A stretch of DNA of 24,000 nt from Cyanobacteria bacterium VAR_4_metabat_243. GTDB lineage: Bacteria; Cyanobacteriota; Cyanobacteriia; Leptolyngbyales; Leptolyngbyaceae. This document shows, one piece after another, positions 6,720 through 15,843 of this stretch. Made by a program: the position numbers and the translations under genes. The stretch is taken from NCBI GenBank assembly GCA_031415035.1, contig JANOQX010000099.1:8798-32797 (forward strand), written 5' to 3'. Numbering within the stretch: the stretch's first letter is position 1; each line of letters starts with the position of its first letter. A model generated the notes under the pieces. The model had not been told where the DNA came from. It ran no database searches and saw only the letters and a program-made list of their open reading frames with translations.

Positions 6720-8408
6720 CTAACGAATCTCTTCGTAAATCGGTTCGAGTTCCCGTTCCTCAAGGGCGATCGGGATTTCTGGCGTATCCAGCCGCAGGGG
6801 TTGGCGTTTGGCTTCAGCTTGGAGCGGTTGGGGCGGCGGGATGTCCACCACAATTGCGGGTCGCCCAAGGTCAATGATCGGTTCATGGGGCGTCACTGCA
6901 CTCGAGTTGGCGGATTTCCGACCGATCAAACTGGGGGTTTCGGCGGTCAGTCGATCGGCCACCTGCCGCACGAATAACTGGAACACCGCCGCCCGCTGAT
7001 TTTGTTGAAACACCGATTGGAGAATGGTTTGGAGCCGATCGACGTGGGGGCGCTGGGGCTGATCCGCCGTTTCAAAATATTCGATCAACGTCAATCCGGC
7101 CAACCGACTGAAGTAAGCCCCGCTGACCCCTTGAGCCAATCCCCCGGCGGCGTAGGTAATGGCATTGGTTTTGAGCAAGGCCCCGATCGCTTGGGTGGCG
7201 GCTTCGACCACGCCGAGCTTCAGCATCAGGGCGGCCAGGGCTTTGGCGATGACTTGGGCCTGCTCCAGGGTGAGCTTTTGCTGATACAGCTGGCTCAACT
7301 CCATCACCAGTTGGGCGTTAATTGCTGCGGTGGCCAGTAGATCCAAGGCCGGAAATGGGTTGGCAAAAGCGGTTCCGGCGACGAGCCATTGGGTGCGTTC
7401 GATCAGCGGCATGGCCCGATCGCGGCGGAGGGCATTGAGCTGCGATCGGGCGGCGGTTTTGAGGGCTTCGGCGTTGCCGAGGGAGCTGGCGAGTACGAGT
7501 TTCTGGCCTTCGGTTAAGAGGATTGCGGTGAGTCGATCGGTGAGGGGCGTAATTGCGGTCAGGGGTTCTTCGAGCCATTCTCGGACGGAGCCATCGGCCT
7601 GATGCTGGCGGACTTTGATTGGTCGCGGGTGGGTGGCAATGGCGATCACATCGGCGGGCTGGATGAAGGCGGCCACCCGATCGCGCAGTTGGGCCAGGAT
7701 CTGGGTTTGTTCCTGGGGGAGATATTGGTCTTGTTTGTTAAAAATCAGGACGGTGCGTTTGTGCAAGTCAGTGAGTTGCTGAAGCACCTGCATTTGCGAC
7801 GCCGTCAGGTCGCCATCGGTGAGAAACATCACCAAGTCCGCCGTGCGACCCAATTGCCAAGCGCGATGGTCGGGAGTGGCGGCATCCGCATCGGCCTGGG
7901 GCTGGAACAGCGCGGGCGTATCCTTCAAATGCAACTGCTGGGGCTGGGCGATATTGGCAATCCAATCGGTTTGCAGCAAGTTCGTGAGACTGGTTTTGCC
8001 AACGCCTTGGCCACCCATCACCGCTAGTCGGATTTCCTGCCGATCGAGTCCCTGGAGCAGGTCATGAATTTGCAACCGCAACGCCGCCAAATTCGCCGCC
8101 GTCCCCGTCCCGTCCGCCATCGCCGTCGCCAATTGATTCACCACGCCTTCGGCTTCCGCCACCGCCACCTTCACCCGATCGACGGTAATCGGCTTGGCAC
8201 TGATGGGCGGCCCCCCCGACGGCAAGCCATTGAACTTGAGATAGCCCCAAGTCAGCCCACTGCCCATGACGATCGCGGGCACCCAATCACCGAGCCAATC
8301 GGTGATCCCATCGAGTACCCAGATTGACCCCGCAAGGCCCAATCCACCGATGATCCAAGGACGCAAATTGATCGACATGGTGACGCTGGCGGGTGAAGAT
8401 GTGGCCAA
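6720..8408 (-). CDS. Membrane-associated P-loop GTPase with a DUF697-like C-terminal domain
   Basis: Hydrophobic segments at the N-terminus. G1 is GGQGVGKTS, G4 is FNKQD, and LKDTPA is a G3-like motif. The C-terminal Ala/Gly-rich amphipathic or TM region (LVAGTAFANPFPALDLLATAAINAQLV...AAGGLAQGVSGAYFS) resembles YcjF/DUF697. Confidence 0.8.
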   Translation of the reverse strand: MATSSPASVTMSINLRPWIIGGLGLAGSIWVLDGITDWLGDWVPAIVMGSGLTWGYLKFNGLPSGGPPISAKPITVDRVKVAVAEAEGVVNQLATAMADGTGTAANLAALRLQIHDLLQGLDRQEIRLAVMGGQGVGKTSLTNLLQTDWIANIAQPQQLHLKDTPALFQPQADADAATPDHRAWQLGRTADLVMFLTDGDLTASQMQVLQQLTDLHKRTVLIFNKQDQYLPQEQTQILAQLRDRVAAFIQPADVIAIATHPRPIKVRQHQADGSVREWLEEPLTAITPLTDRLTAILLTEGQKLVLASSLGNAEALKTAARSQLNALRRDRAMPLIERTQWLVAGTAFANPFPALDLLATAAINAQLVMELSQLYQQKLTLEQAQVIAKALAALMLKLGVVEAATQAIGALLKTNAITYAAGGLAQGVSGAYFSRLAGLTLIEYFETADQPQRPHVDRLQTILQSVFQQNQRAAVFQLFVRQVADRLTAETPSLIGRKSANSSAVTPHEPIIDLGRPAIVVDIPPPQPLQAEAKRQPLRLDTPEIPIALEERELEPIYEEIR

Positions 8409-8485
8409 TGATTTCAGTAATGCTCCTAAGCCCTAGCAGGATAGCGCATAAGTTGAGATTTTTGGCACATGGTTCGGGCATATGC

Positions 8486-8578
8486 GTCGGGTGGGCACTG
8501 CCCACGGCAATTTCCGCCTCCGTTAATGGTTGTCAATTGTCGTCAATGGTTGAAAATCGTGGGCAGTGCCCACCCTAC
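8486..8578. repeat. 93-bp MITE/REP-like element, copy 2 of the 5459-5532 family
   Basis: GTCGGGTGGGCACTGCCCAC (8486-8505) pairs with GTGGGCAGTGCCCACCCTAC (8559-8578), with 1 mismatch in 20. The spacer shares short blocks with copy 1 (ATTTCC, TTAATGGT/TTAATCGGT, GTCAATGG/GTCAACGG). Confidence 0.75.
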
Positions 8579-10461
8579 ACCCCTACTGCCTCCGGCTGTT
8601 TCACTAACTTGAGAATCGTCTCCGACATCTGAGCCGGAGTCAGACCCAGCGAGGCTTTCGACTCTTCTGGTGTGGCATGTTCCACCAGCAAGTCCGGTAC
8701 GCCGATCCGCTTCACGGGGACGAGGATATTCGCTTCCATCAGTGCTTCGATCACCGCTGTCCCAAATCCACCATCGATGCAGCCTTCTTCAAATGTGACC
8801 ACTCGCCCAATCTGTTTGGCCAAGGGCAGGATCAACTCGGTGTCCAAGGGTTTGGCAAAGCGGGCATTGATCACGGTGGCTTCGATCCCATGTTCGCGTA
8901 GTAGCTCGGCGGTTTGCATCGCGGGATAGACCATGGAACCGTAGGCCAATAGCAAGACGTCATCGCCGTTGCGGAGAATTTCGCCTTTGCCGATCGGCAG
9001 GGTTTCCCAGCCTTCGTCCATCAGCGGGACGCCGTAGCCGTTGCCGCGTGGATAGCGCATGGCGATCGGGCCGTCATGTTCGAGTCCGGTGACGATCATC
9101 CGTTGCAGTTCGGCCTCGTCCTTCGGGGCCATCAGCGTCATATTCGGAATGCAGCGCAGGTAGGCAATGTCGTACATCCCCTGGTGCGTCGGCCCATCGG
9201 AACCCACGATCCCGGCCCGATCGAGGCAGAAGAACACGGGGAGATTCTGGATACAAACGTCGTGGATGATTTGGTCGAAGCCGCGCTGGAGGAAGGTGGA
9301 GTAAATCGTGGCGATCGGCCGCATCCCATCCGCCGCCAAGGCCGCTGCCAAAGTCACCGCGTGCTGCTCGGCGATGCCCACATCGACGTACTGGTCGGGC
9401 ACCCGTTTCTGGAAGATGTCCAGTCCCGTGCCCGTGGCCATGGCGGCGGTGATGCCAATGATGCGTCGATCGTTCTCGGCCAAGCTCGAAAGCGTCTCCC
9501 CAAATACCTTGGAATAGCCCGGTGGCTTTGGCCCGCCGGAGGGTTTGGATTTGCCCGTGGCGAGGTCGAAGGGGTTTTGGGCGTGGTAGCCGACTTGATC
9601 CTTTTCGGCGATCGCATAGCCTTTGCCTTTGGTGGTGGCGACATGCACCAGCACTGGCCCGGTGTGCTTGTGGGCTTCTTTGAAGGTGGCAATCAGGTCT
9701 TCGAGATTGTGGCCGTCCACAGGACCCATGTAAGTAAAGCCCAGCTCTTCAAATACCGCCCCGACTTTGGGCACGGCCAGGCGTTTCATGCCCTCCTTCA
9801 CCCGACTCAGTTCCGGCGAGAACGGCAGATTGCGGACTTGCTCTTCGATGTTGTCGCTGATGAACTGCATCGGTGGACTGAGCCGGATCTTGTTGAGGTA
9901 GCGGGGGATCGCACCGACGTTGGGCGAAATTGACATTTCGTTGTCGTTCAACACCACCAGCAGATTGGTATTCGGCAAATGCCCCGCGTGATTGATCGCT
10001 TCGAGGGCCATGCCGCCCGTGAGGGAGCCATCGCCGATCACCGCCACGCACTTGTGGGTTTCGCCTTTGGCATCCCGCGCCAGGGCAAAGCCCAAGGCGG
10101 CGGAGATACTGGTGGAAGCGTGGCCCGCGCCGAAGTGGTCGAAGCGGCTTTCGTCGCGGTTGAGGTAGCCGGAGAGGCCGTCTTTCTGGCGGAGGGTGTG
10201 GAAGTCTTTGTAGCGTCCGGTGAGTAGTTTGTGGGGATAGGCCTGGTGTCCGACGTCCCAGACAATTTTGTCACGATCGAGATCGAGGGTTTGGTAGAGT
10301 GCGAGGGTGAGTTCGACCACGCCGAGTCCGGGTCCAAGGTGCCCCCCACTCGCTGCCACCGTATCTAAATGCTTTTCACGAATCTGCCGACCGATTGCTT
10401 GAAGTTCTTTAATCGACAGACCGTGCAACTGGTTGGGGTGGGTTAACTCACTCAGATGCAT
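8575..10461 (-). CDS. dxs: 1-deoxy-D-xylulose-5-phosphate synthase
   Basis: 628 aa with Dxs-typical blocks: [47 protein letters not shown], the ThDP motif [18 protein letters not shown]...LNDN, and the transketolase-like C-terminal domains. Confidence 0.97.
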   Translation of the reverse strand: MHLSELTHPNQLHGLSIKELQAIGRQIREKHLDTVAASGGHLGPGLGVVELTLALYQTLDLDRDKIVWDVGHQAYPHKLLTGRYKDFHTLRQKDGLSGYLNRDESRFDHFGAGHASTSISAALGFALARDAKGETHKCVAVIGDGSLTGGMALEAINHAGHLPNTNLLVVLNDNEMSISPNVGAIPRYLNKIRLSPPMQFISDNIEEQVRNLPFSPELSRVKEGMKRLAVPKVGAVFEELGFTYMGPVDGHNLEDLIATFKEAHKHTGPVLVHVATTKGKGYAIAEKDQVGYHAQNPFDLATGKSKPSGGPKPPGYSKVFGETLSSLAENDRRIIGITAAMATGTGLDIFQKRVPDQYVDVGIAEQHAVTLAAALAADGMRPIATIYSTFLQRGFDQIIHDVCIQNLPVFFCLDRAGIVGSDGPTHQGMYDIAYLRCIPNMTLMAPKDEAELQRMIVTGLEHDGPIAMRYPRGNGYGVPLMDEGWETLPIGKGEILRNGDDVLLLAYGSMVYPAMQTAELLREHGIEATVINARFAKPLDTELILPLAKQIGRVVTFEEGCIDGGFGTAVIEALMEANILVPVKRIGVPDLLVEHATPEESKASLGLTPAQMSETILKLVKQPEAVGV

Positions 10462-10860
10462 GGGATTCTCACCTTGCTAATGCGGTTAGGAATTAAGGCG
10501 AGTCGTGAAATCCGGATTCACAACTCAAAGATCTGGCAGCGCCCCGATGTCTCTACTGTAGGTTCGTTCGACTGGGATCGCCACACATCACCGACGTTTC
10601 CGACTTTTCCGCCACCGTGTCCGGCGGTGTCGAACGCGCCGTTGGGGCTTCAGGGCCTTTCACCACTGTAGTTCATTCGGCGGGCGCGAAGTGCATAGCG
10701 TGGGCGGTTTTTGTGGGCGATCGGGCAAAATGCCTCGGGTTGTCCGGTTTGGGTAAAGATGTGCAAAGATGTGCAGTGGTGCTGGATCGTTGGATCAGCG
10801 CGCTGGCTGTGCCAGGCCCGATCGACCGCCCTTAATAAACATTCTGACGGGATATTCTCT

Positions 10861-11571
10861 ATGGTGAAGATGCTGCAAACGAATCGGGCAATGCGGGCGA
10901 TCGGCCAACTGCCAGTCGGTTTGGCGACGTTGCTCCTGCTCAGTCCGCTGGCGATCGGGGTGAATCCCGCCCAGGCGAATTGGTTTAAACCGAAGTCCGT
11001 GGAAAATGACTACAAGCTCTGTGGGATGCGGCTGGACAAGGCGGGGATTGGCAAAGATGTGGCGGCGGCGGCCTGTGCTGAAGTGCTGCATCCTGAGGAA
11101 TTGGGGACTTGTGTGGTGGATTTGATCCCACTCAAACTGGATGCGGCCACCACCTTAGCGGCCTGTCGGCGGGTGCGACGGCCCTTGGAACTGGCGACCT
11201 GTGTGCAGGATGTGCAGCGCCAGGATGCCAAGGCGGTGTTGCCGAATGTGCTGGAAGCCTGCCGCCGCAGTCTGTTGCCGGAGCGCTATGGCAAATGCGT
11301 CGTGGGGCTGAATCAATCCTTAGCAATGCCGACGGCGATGGGCTTGGCCACTTGTCTGGATGCCAGCGATCGGCCGATCGATGTGCAATCGGGCTTCGTG
11401 CCGATCAATGATGTCTGTCGGTTGGAAGGCTTTGTGTCCGTGGCCGTGCCGAAGGACTGCGACAAAAACCAGCCCCAAACCGCCGCCCCGTTGAATTCCA
11501 CCGTGACGCCGGGAGCCACGCCGACCCCCGAGGTGACCCCCGCATCGTCGCCACCGGCGCAACTGTACTAA
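10861..11571 (+). CDS. Secreted protein of unknown function with three C-x11-C repeats and a Pro/Thr-rich tail
   Basis: The ORF track starts at 10711. I prefer the ATG at 10861, which gives a Sec-type signal peptide (MVKMLQTNRAMRAIGQLPVGLATLLLLSPLAIGVNPAQA/NW). The stop overlaps the convergent acyltransferase stop (CTAA at 11568-11571). Confidence 0.65.
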   Translation: MVKMLQTNRAMRAIGQLPVGLATLLLLSPLAIGVNPAQANWFKPKSVENDYKLCGMRLDKAGIGKDVAAAACAEVLHPEELGTCVVDLIPLKLDAATTLAACRRVRRPLELATCVQDVQRQDAKAVLPNVLEACRRSLLPERYGKCVVGLNQSLAMPTAMGLATCLDASDRPIDVQSGFVPINDVCRLEGFVSVAVPKDCDKNQPQTAAPLNSTVTPGATPTPEVTPASSPPAQLY

Positions 11572-12746
11572 GCGGCGCTGAGTGGCTGTGGCTTGGGCTT
11601 GAGGGTGCGGCTCCAGGCCATGGCGGGGCGTTCGAGCAGGTACCAGCCGCTGAAGGCGAGCAGTCCGGCGAGAATGATCACCCAGATCATTGCGCCGAGC
11701 TGGTGCTGGAAGCTGGGAGCGGCGGGGTGAAATACCATGGTGTAGCTATTTGCTCCCAGGTCGATCGCGCTGCTGTGAAACAGATACAGGCTGTAGGATA
11801 GGCGTCCTAGCCATTGAAAGATCGGGTGTTTGAGCCATTGGTCGAGTTTTTGGGCTTCGGCGACGGCGAAGATCAGGCTGGCGGTGAGGGCGGTGGTGAC
11901 GGCGATCGCGGGCTGGATCGTTTTGGCCGCCAGAATTAGGGCCACACCCGCATAAAACCAACCTTTGGGGACTTGGCGCTGCCAGGCCCAGTAGGCCCAC
12001 GCGCCAATCAGGAAGCTGAAGATCCAGTAGGCGAATAAGGGTCGCCAGAAGGGCCAGCCGCTGCGATTTGAGGCGTAGAAGATGGCCGCAGCGGTGAGCG
12101 GGACGAAGATGGCGAGGCGGCTCCAGGTGATTTTGAACTTCTGGGTGAGGCCCTGGGCGACGCCCAACATGACGCAAAACACGAAATAAAACTGCATTTC
12201 GAGGCAGAGCGTCCAGTAGATTGGCTCAAAACTTTTGAAGCTGAGGAGTTCTTGGAAGTAGAACAGGTGGGCGATCGTTCGCGCTGCTGCCTGGGGTTCG
12301 CGAATTAGGATGGGACTGGGCTGCCAACCGATGCTGGCCAGCCACCAGGAGACGAGGCAGGCCAGGACGATCGCGCCGTAGTAGGCGGGGCTGAGGCGGA
12401 GCCAGCGGCGCAGACTAAAGTTGAGCAGATACTTGGGGGTGATGACCGCGTGCTGGAGGGAATGGGCCATGACGAAGCCGCTGAGTACGAAGAAGACCAT
12501 GACGGCATATTGGCCCCACTCGAAACCGATGACTTTGATCCAGCCGGGGAGCCGATCGAGTACGAGGTTGAATTGGTTCCAGGCTTTGAGATGGTAGATG
12601 AAGACCCACAGGGAGGCGATGCCCCGGAGGGCGTCGAGGAAGAGGAAATGTGGGGTTTGGGGTTTGGCGAGTGGGGCTTGGGTCATGGGGCGATGCGGTC
12701 GATCGGGTCGATGTAATTGTACCCAGGGGGGGATTGGGGGTGACAC
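11568..12746 (-). CDS. Acyltransferase family 3 (OafA/YrhL-like) integral membrane protein
   Basis: The N-terminal motif FLDALRGIASLWVFIYHL is followed by about 10 hydrophobic segments. An alternative start at ATG 12686 (MTQAPLAK...) is plausible, because 12721-12745 upstream looks repeat-derived. Confidence 0.85.
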   Translation of the reverse strand: MSPPIPPWVQLHRPDRPHRPMTQAPLAKPQTPHFLFLDALRGIASLWVFIYHLKAWNQFNLVLDRLPGWIKVIGFEWGQYAVMVFFVLSGFVMAHSLQHAVITPKYLLNFSLRRWLRLSPAYYGAIVLACLVSWWLASIGWQPSPILIREPQAAARTIAHLFYFQELLSFKSFEPIYWTLCLEMQFYFVFCVMLGVAQGLTQKFKITWSRLAIFVPLTAAAIFYASNRSGWPFWRPLFAYWIFSFLIGAWAYWAWQRQVPKGWFYAGVALILAAKTIQPAIAVTTALTASLIFAVAEAQKLDQWLKHPIFQWLGRLSYSLYLFHSSAIDLGANSYTMVFHPAAPSFQHQLGAMIWVIILAGLLAFSGWYLLERPAMAWSRTLKPKPQPLSAA

Positions 12747-12781
12747 GACTCGCCATTCGCCCGATCGAGCCGCTTATCCCG

Positions 12782-12815
12782 GCCGAACCGCCCCCCGGCC
12801 CCCAATTCTGGGGGA
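12782..12815. repeat. C5/G5-run dispersed repeat, left inverted copy flanking the DUF559 gene
   Basis: GCCGAACCGCCCCCCGGCCCCCAATTCTGGGGGA. Its reverse complement matches 13285-13318 at 32 of 34 positions. Confidence 0.8.
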
Positions 12816-12827
12816 GCATGATTTAGT

Positions 12828-13220
12828 TCATTCACCAGTTGATCGAAGGCTATTGGCGATCGCGATAATCGCATTAATGACCGATGCGCGATCGAATAGA
12901 ACTTGTGCGTTGGAGAAGCGGATTACGCGATATCCATGATTTTCTAATTCACTGGTGCGGGCGCGATCGTAGTCGGCTTGTGTATCGTGAATTTCACCAT
13001 CGATTTCGATCGCTAGCTTGATTGCTGGACAATAAAAATCGAGAATGAATCGCCCGATCGGGTGCTGGGAGCGAAAGCGGAGTCCGAATACCTGTTTGCA
13101 TTTGAGGGCTTCCCAGAGGTGCGCTTCGGCGGTGGTCATTTGTTGCCGGTGGGTGAAGGCGGCTTGTTGGATTTCCGGGCTGGTGCCACGGATACGGGGT
13201 TTGGGGGCGCGGGGTTGCAT
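12828..13220 (-). CDS. DUF559 (Vsr-like endonuclease fold) domain protein
   Basis: AEAHLWEALKCKQVFGLRFRSQHPIGRFILDFYCPAIKLAIEIDGEIHD...GYRVIRFSNAQVL matches the DUF559 pattern (LW..L....kFRRQ..ig.yi.DFyc....l.iE.DG..H...gy.vlRf.n). Confidence 0.85.
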   Translation of the reverse strand: MQPRAPKPRIRGTSPEIQQAAFTHRQQMTTAEAHLWEALKCKQVFGLRFRSQHPIGRFILDFYCPAIKLAIEIDGEIHDTQADYDRARTSELENHGYRVIRFSNAQVLFDRASVINAIIAIANSLRSTGE

Positions 13221-13284
13221 GGGGTTTTGGGAAGGAAGTTTGGGTTTAGAATGCCCGAATGTTGTGGCGATGAGACGATCCGGT

Positions 13285-13318
13285 TCCCCCAGAATTGGGG
13301 GCTAGGGGGCGGTTCGGC
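13285..13318. repeat. C5/G5-run dispersed repeat, right inverted copy flanking the DUF559 gene
   Basis: TCCCCCAGAATTGGGGGCTAGGGGGCGGTTCGGC. It contains the hairpin CCCCCA-GAAT-TGGGGG. Confidence 0.8.
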
Positions 13319-13399
13319 GGGGACTCCGCCTCAATCCCACCACACCCGATCGAGCCGCATCATGTATGATCGTTCCCTGGCATCCTGCACGCAAGAACG

Positions 13400-15706
13400 A
13401 TGAACATCCCCCAATACCTCGCCACCGAACTGTCCCTCCGCCCGACCCAAGTGGAAGCCGCCCTCGCGCTCCTGGCCGAAGGCGCGACGGTGCCGTTCAT
13501 TGCCCGTTACCGCAAGGAACGGACGCAGGAAATGGATGAAATCCAGTTGCGGAATTTGTTCGATCGATTTGCTTATCTGACCGAACTCGTCGATCGCAAA
13601 GCCACTGTCCTCGATTCGATCGAATCCCAAGGCAAACTCACACACGAATTAAAACAGCAAATTACGAATTGTTTGCACAAAACGGAACTCGAAGATCTGT
13701 ATTTGCCCTATCGGCCCAAACGTCGTACCCGCGCTACGATCGCCAAAGAACGTGGACTCGAACCCCTAGCCCAATGGCTGCAAGCGCAAAATCAATCGGG
13801 GGCGAAGGTCGATGCGGGGGCGATCGCGGCCCAAGCGCCACCCTACATTACGGGCGAGAAAGGGCTGGAAACCGTGGCGGATGTGTTGCAGGGCGCATCG
13901 GATATTCTGGCGGAAATCGTGGCGGAACAGGCTTCCCTGCGGGCGTATCTGCGGGAATATTTGCTGAATCACAGCCAAATCACGGCCAGCATTAAGGCCA
14001 AGCATCCCGAAGGCAGTACGAAATTCGAGATGTACCGCAGTTATCAAACGGCGACCAAATCGATCGCGGCCCACAATCTGCTGGCGCTGTATCGCGGCGA
14101 AACCGAAGGCATTGTCGATTTTGATTTGGTGTTTGATGAAGATTGGGTTTTGGATTATCTGGTGAAGCAGCAGGTGAAGACGCCAGCGGCGGCGGTGCGG
14201 GAGTTTTACCGATCGATGCTGAAGGATGCGTTTAATCGCTTGCTCAAACCGTCGCTGATTGGGGAAGTGCGATCACAGAAGAAGCAAATGGCGGATCTTG
14301 ATTCGATTAAAACCTTTGAATCGAATTTGCGGGAATTACTTTTATCCGCACCAGCAGGGATGAAACCGACCTTGGCGATCGATCCGGGATTTCGATCGGG
14401 CTGTAAGGTGTCGGTGCTGGATGAGACGGCGAAGTTTTTGGAATATCAGGCGATCTTTCCGCATACGGGGAAACCGGATCAAGCCAAGGCGACACTCAAA
14501 CAGTTGATCAAAAAATACAACATTGCGTTAATCGCGATCGGCAATGGTACCGCAGGCCGTGAAACCGATGAATTCGTCGGGGCAATCCTGGCGGAAATCC
14601 CGGAACCCAAGCCGATTAAGGTGATTGTGAATGAATCGGGCGCGTCGATTTATTCGGCTAGTGATTTGGCGATCGCGGAGTTTCCCGATCTCGACATTAC
14701 AGTTCGAGGCGCGATCAGTATTGGGCGGCGGTTGCAAGATCCACTGGCGGAGTTGGTCAAAATCGATCCCAAGTCGATCGGGGTGGGTCAGTACCAGCAT
14801 GACGTGGATCAGAAGTTATTGAAAAAACAATTAGATGAAACTGTGGAAAGCTGTGTCAACTTCGTCGGTGTGGATTTGAATACCGCATCGCAGCAATTGC
14901 TCACGTTTGTTTCCGGTATTAATGCCACCGTTGCGAATAATATTGTGCAATATCGCAATGAGAACGGCGCGTTTGTCGATCGGAAAACGCTATTGAAAGT
15001 CCCGAAGCTCGGCCCGAAGGCCTATGAGCAAGCGGCGGGGTTTCTGCGGATTCGCGGTGGGAAGAACCCGCTGGATAATACTGCCGTGCATCCGGAGCGC
15101 TATGCGTTGGTGGCGACGATCGCCAAGGATTTGGGGGTGGATTTGCAGCAAACTGCCGAGGTGGCGCAGAAATTGCAGGAAAATCTGCGGCGGTATGTGA
15201 ATGAACAGGTGGGCGAACCCACCCTACGGGACATTGCGAGGGAGATGGAGAAGCCGGGCCGCGATCCCCGTGCGGCGTTCCAATATGCGACGTTCCGCGA
15301 AGATATTAAGGAAATGCGCGATCTGCGGGTCGGACTGGAACTCGAAGGCGTCGTGACGAATGTGGCAAATTTTGGGGCATTTGTGGATATTGGCGTGCAT
15401 CAGGATGGATTGGTGCATGTTTCCCAATTGGCCGATCGATTTGTCAGTGATCCTAAGGAAGTTGTCAAAGTCGGTCAAGTGGTGAAAGTCCGCGTTTTGG
15501 AAGTGAATGAAGCGCTCAAACGGATTAGTCTGTCGATGCGGGCGGGCGATGCAAAGGTCGCCCCAGCCGCCGATCGGGTCACCGCCGTGCCACTGCCGCA
15601 ACGATCCACTGCCCTGACGCCCAAAGCCCCGCAACCCACTCCACCGCCGACTGAAGCCGCAACATTGGCGGACTTGCAGGCGAAATTTGGCAAATCTAAG
15701 CGCTAG
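13400..15706 (+). CDS. tex: Tex-family transcription accessory protein (Tex N-terminal, YqgF/RuvC-like, HhH and S1 domains)
   Basis: The N-terminus IAxEL..QV...LL.EGATVPFIARYRKE is the Tex signature. The C-terminal S1 domain is LEGVVTNVANFGAFVDIGVHQDGLVHVSQLADRFV...VKVRVLEVN...RISLSMR. Confidence 0.95.
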   Translation: MNIPQYLATELSLRPTQVEAALALLAEGATVPFIARYRKERTQEMDEIQLRNLFDRFAYLTELVDRKATVLDSIESQGKLTHELKQQITNCLHKTELEDLYLPYRPKRRTRATIAKERGLEPLAQWLQAQNQSGAKVDAGAIAAQAPPYITGEKGLETVADVLQGASDILAEIVAEQASLRAYLREYLLNHSQITASIKAKHPEGSTKFEMYRSYQTATKSIAAHNLLALYRGETEGIVDFDLVFDEDWVLDYLVKQQVKTPAAAVREFYRSMLKDAFNRLLKPSLIGEVRSQKKQMADLDSIKTFESNLRELLLSAPAGMKPTLAIDPGFRSGCKVSVLDETAKFLEYQAIFPHTGKPDQAKATLKQLIKKYNIALIAIGNGTAGRETDEFVGAILAEIPEPKPIKVIVNESGASIYSASDLAIAEFPDLDITVRGAISIGRRLQDPLAELVKIDPKSIGVGQYQHDVDQKLLKKQLDETVESCVNFVGVDLNTASQQLLTFVSGINATVANNIVQYRNENGAFVDRKTLLKVPKLGPKAYEQAAGFLRIRGGKNPLDNTAVHPERYALVATIAKDLGVDLQQTAEVAQKLQENLRRYVNEQVGEPTLRDIAREMEKPGRDPRAAFQYATFREDIKEMRDLRVGLELEGVVTNVANFGAFVDIGVHQDGLVHVSQLADRFVSDPKEVVKVGQVVKVRVLEVNEALKRISLSMRAGDAKVAPAADRVTAVPLPQRSTALTPKAPQPTPPPTEAATLADLQAKFGKSKR

Positions 15707-15843
15707 ATCGCGTCCGTCTCAGAGAACTCCCGGAACTTTGGCGAATTTCTCTACTTCTTCTCCCTGGTTTCGACAGGATGAGGTGTAGAGCAAATGCTTT
15801 GTTGAAGTTTTCTGACCTGATAGCGTTACCGCGATGAGCCAAT

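Noticed and set aside
9076-9933. 285-aa plus-strand ORF, plus others at 8672-8929, 9308-9517, 9354-9692, 9749-10051 and 10038-10349, inside dxs
   Set aside because: They are antisense or off-frame shadows of an unambiguous Dxs gene in GC-rich DNA. The translations are Arg/Gly/His-rich low complexity with no recognisable motifs.
10711-10860. N-terminal 50-aa extension of the secreted-protein ORF as given in the track
   Set aside because: The extension (MWAIGQNASGCPVWVKMCKDVQWCW...) is Trp/Cys-rich and would bury the clear signal peptide, which begins at the ATG at 10861.
12415-13403. ORFs 12415-12819 (minus) and 13062-13403 (plus), both containing PQNWG(P/L)GGGSAG
   Set aside because: The shared peptide is just the translation of the inverted C5/G5 repeat copies. 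Both ORFs overlap better-supported genes (the acyltransferase and the DUF559 gene).
15224-15706. Minus-strand ORFs 15224-15634 and 15475-15693 inside tex, and 15696-16097 overlapping the first kinase
   Set aside because: They are antisense shadows of strongly supported genes, with no motifs.
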